Source: Candidatus Acetothermia bacterium (lineage in GTDB: Bacteria; Bipolaricaulota; Bipolaricaulia; M55B111). Taken from it: DNA of 16,367 nucleotides. The position numbers and the translations under genes were made by a program. The notes under the pieces are model-generated. The model saw only the letters and a program-made list of their open reading frames with translations, was not told where the DNA came from and did not search any database. The stretch is taken from positions 1-16,367 of the forward strand of contig JBKGZT010000030.1 in NCBI GenBank assembly GCA_046543235.1. The letters run 5' to 3'. Below, one piece after another: positions 16,245-16,367 of this stretch (within the stretch, counting starts at the first letter, position 1; the number at the start of each line of letters is the position of its first letter).

Positions 16245-16273
16245 ATATTACTTAACGGGTCTTTTTTTGTAAA
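16245..16273 (-). promoter_or_regulatory. sigma70-type promoter of the minus-strand operon (probably leaderless)
   Basis: On the - strand: TTTACA (16273-16268), 17 nt, TAATAT (16250-16245), then only 7 nt before the ATG at 16237. No SD. Confidence 0.6.
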
Positions 16274-16317
16274 GTACTTTTAGTCGGGATAAGGAATCCG
16301 GATAAAAGGACACATTA

Positions 16318-16346
16318 TTGATATGACCTCGCTTGCCCGATATATT
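16318..16346 (+). promoter_or_regulatory. Divergent sigma70-type promoter pointing out of the window
   Basis: TTGATA (16318-16323), 17 nt, TATATT (16341-16346). An ATG follows at 16364-16366. Confidence 0.6.
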
Positions 16347-16367
16347 TACGTTACAGAGCTTGTATGA

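Noticed and set aside
1-16367. Mobile elements, CRISPR arrays, tRNA/rRNA, pseudogenes
   Set aside because: No transposase/integrase ORFs, no repeat-spacer periodicity and no tRNA/rRNA signature in the short intergenic regions; all recognised genes look intact.

Overview
A gene-dense bacterial-type cluster for purine/ureide catabolism. I found no mobile element, CRISPR array or RNA gene. The + strand carries a xanthine dehydrogenase-family Mo-binding large subunit, then an operon of a CysK/CBS-like PLP enzyme, a GntR/FadR regulator, carbamate kinase and TWO tandem, divergent YgeW-like (non-OTC) carbamoyltransferases ending in an intrinsic terminator, then adenine deaminase. The - strand, read from the right end, carries a threonine-synthase-like PLP enzyme, an XDH 2Fe-2S subunit, a MocA-like cytidylyltransferase, an XDH FAD subunit, a dihydropyrimidinase/hydantoinase and xanthine PRTase, plus a separately promoted secreted hypothetical protein. 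The gene set resembles the E. coli xdh/ygeW/hyuA/yqeA anaerobic urate-degradation cluster, but no ygeY, ygeX, ssnA or ygfK is present in the window. The main hypothesis is a pathway variant in which two carbamoyltransferases and two atypical PLP enzymes replace YgeY/YgeX. Other observations: a recurring CTGT-N3-AC(A/C)G operator candidate, a probable ATT start codon, a probable leaderless operon, and a 5-nt TATGA match between the two window ends that would join the XDH genes into one divergon. The proteins look Asp/Glu-rich, suggesting a halophile.
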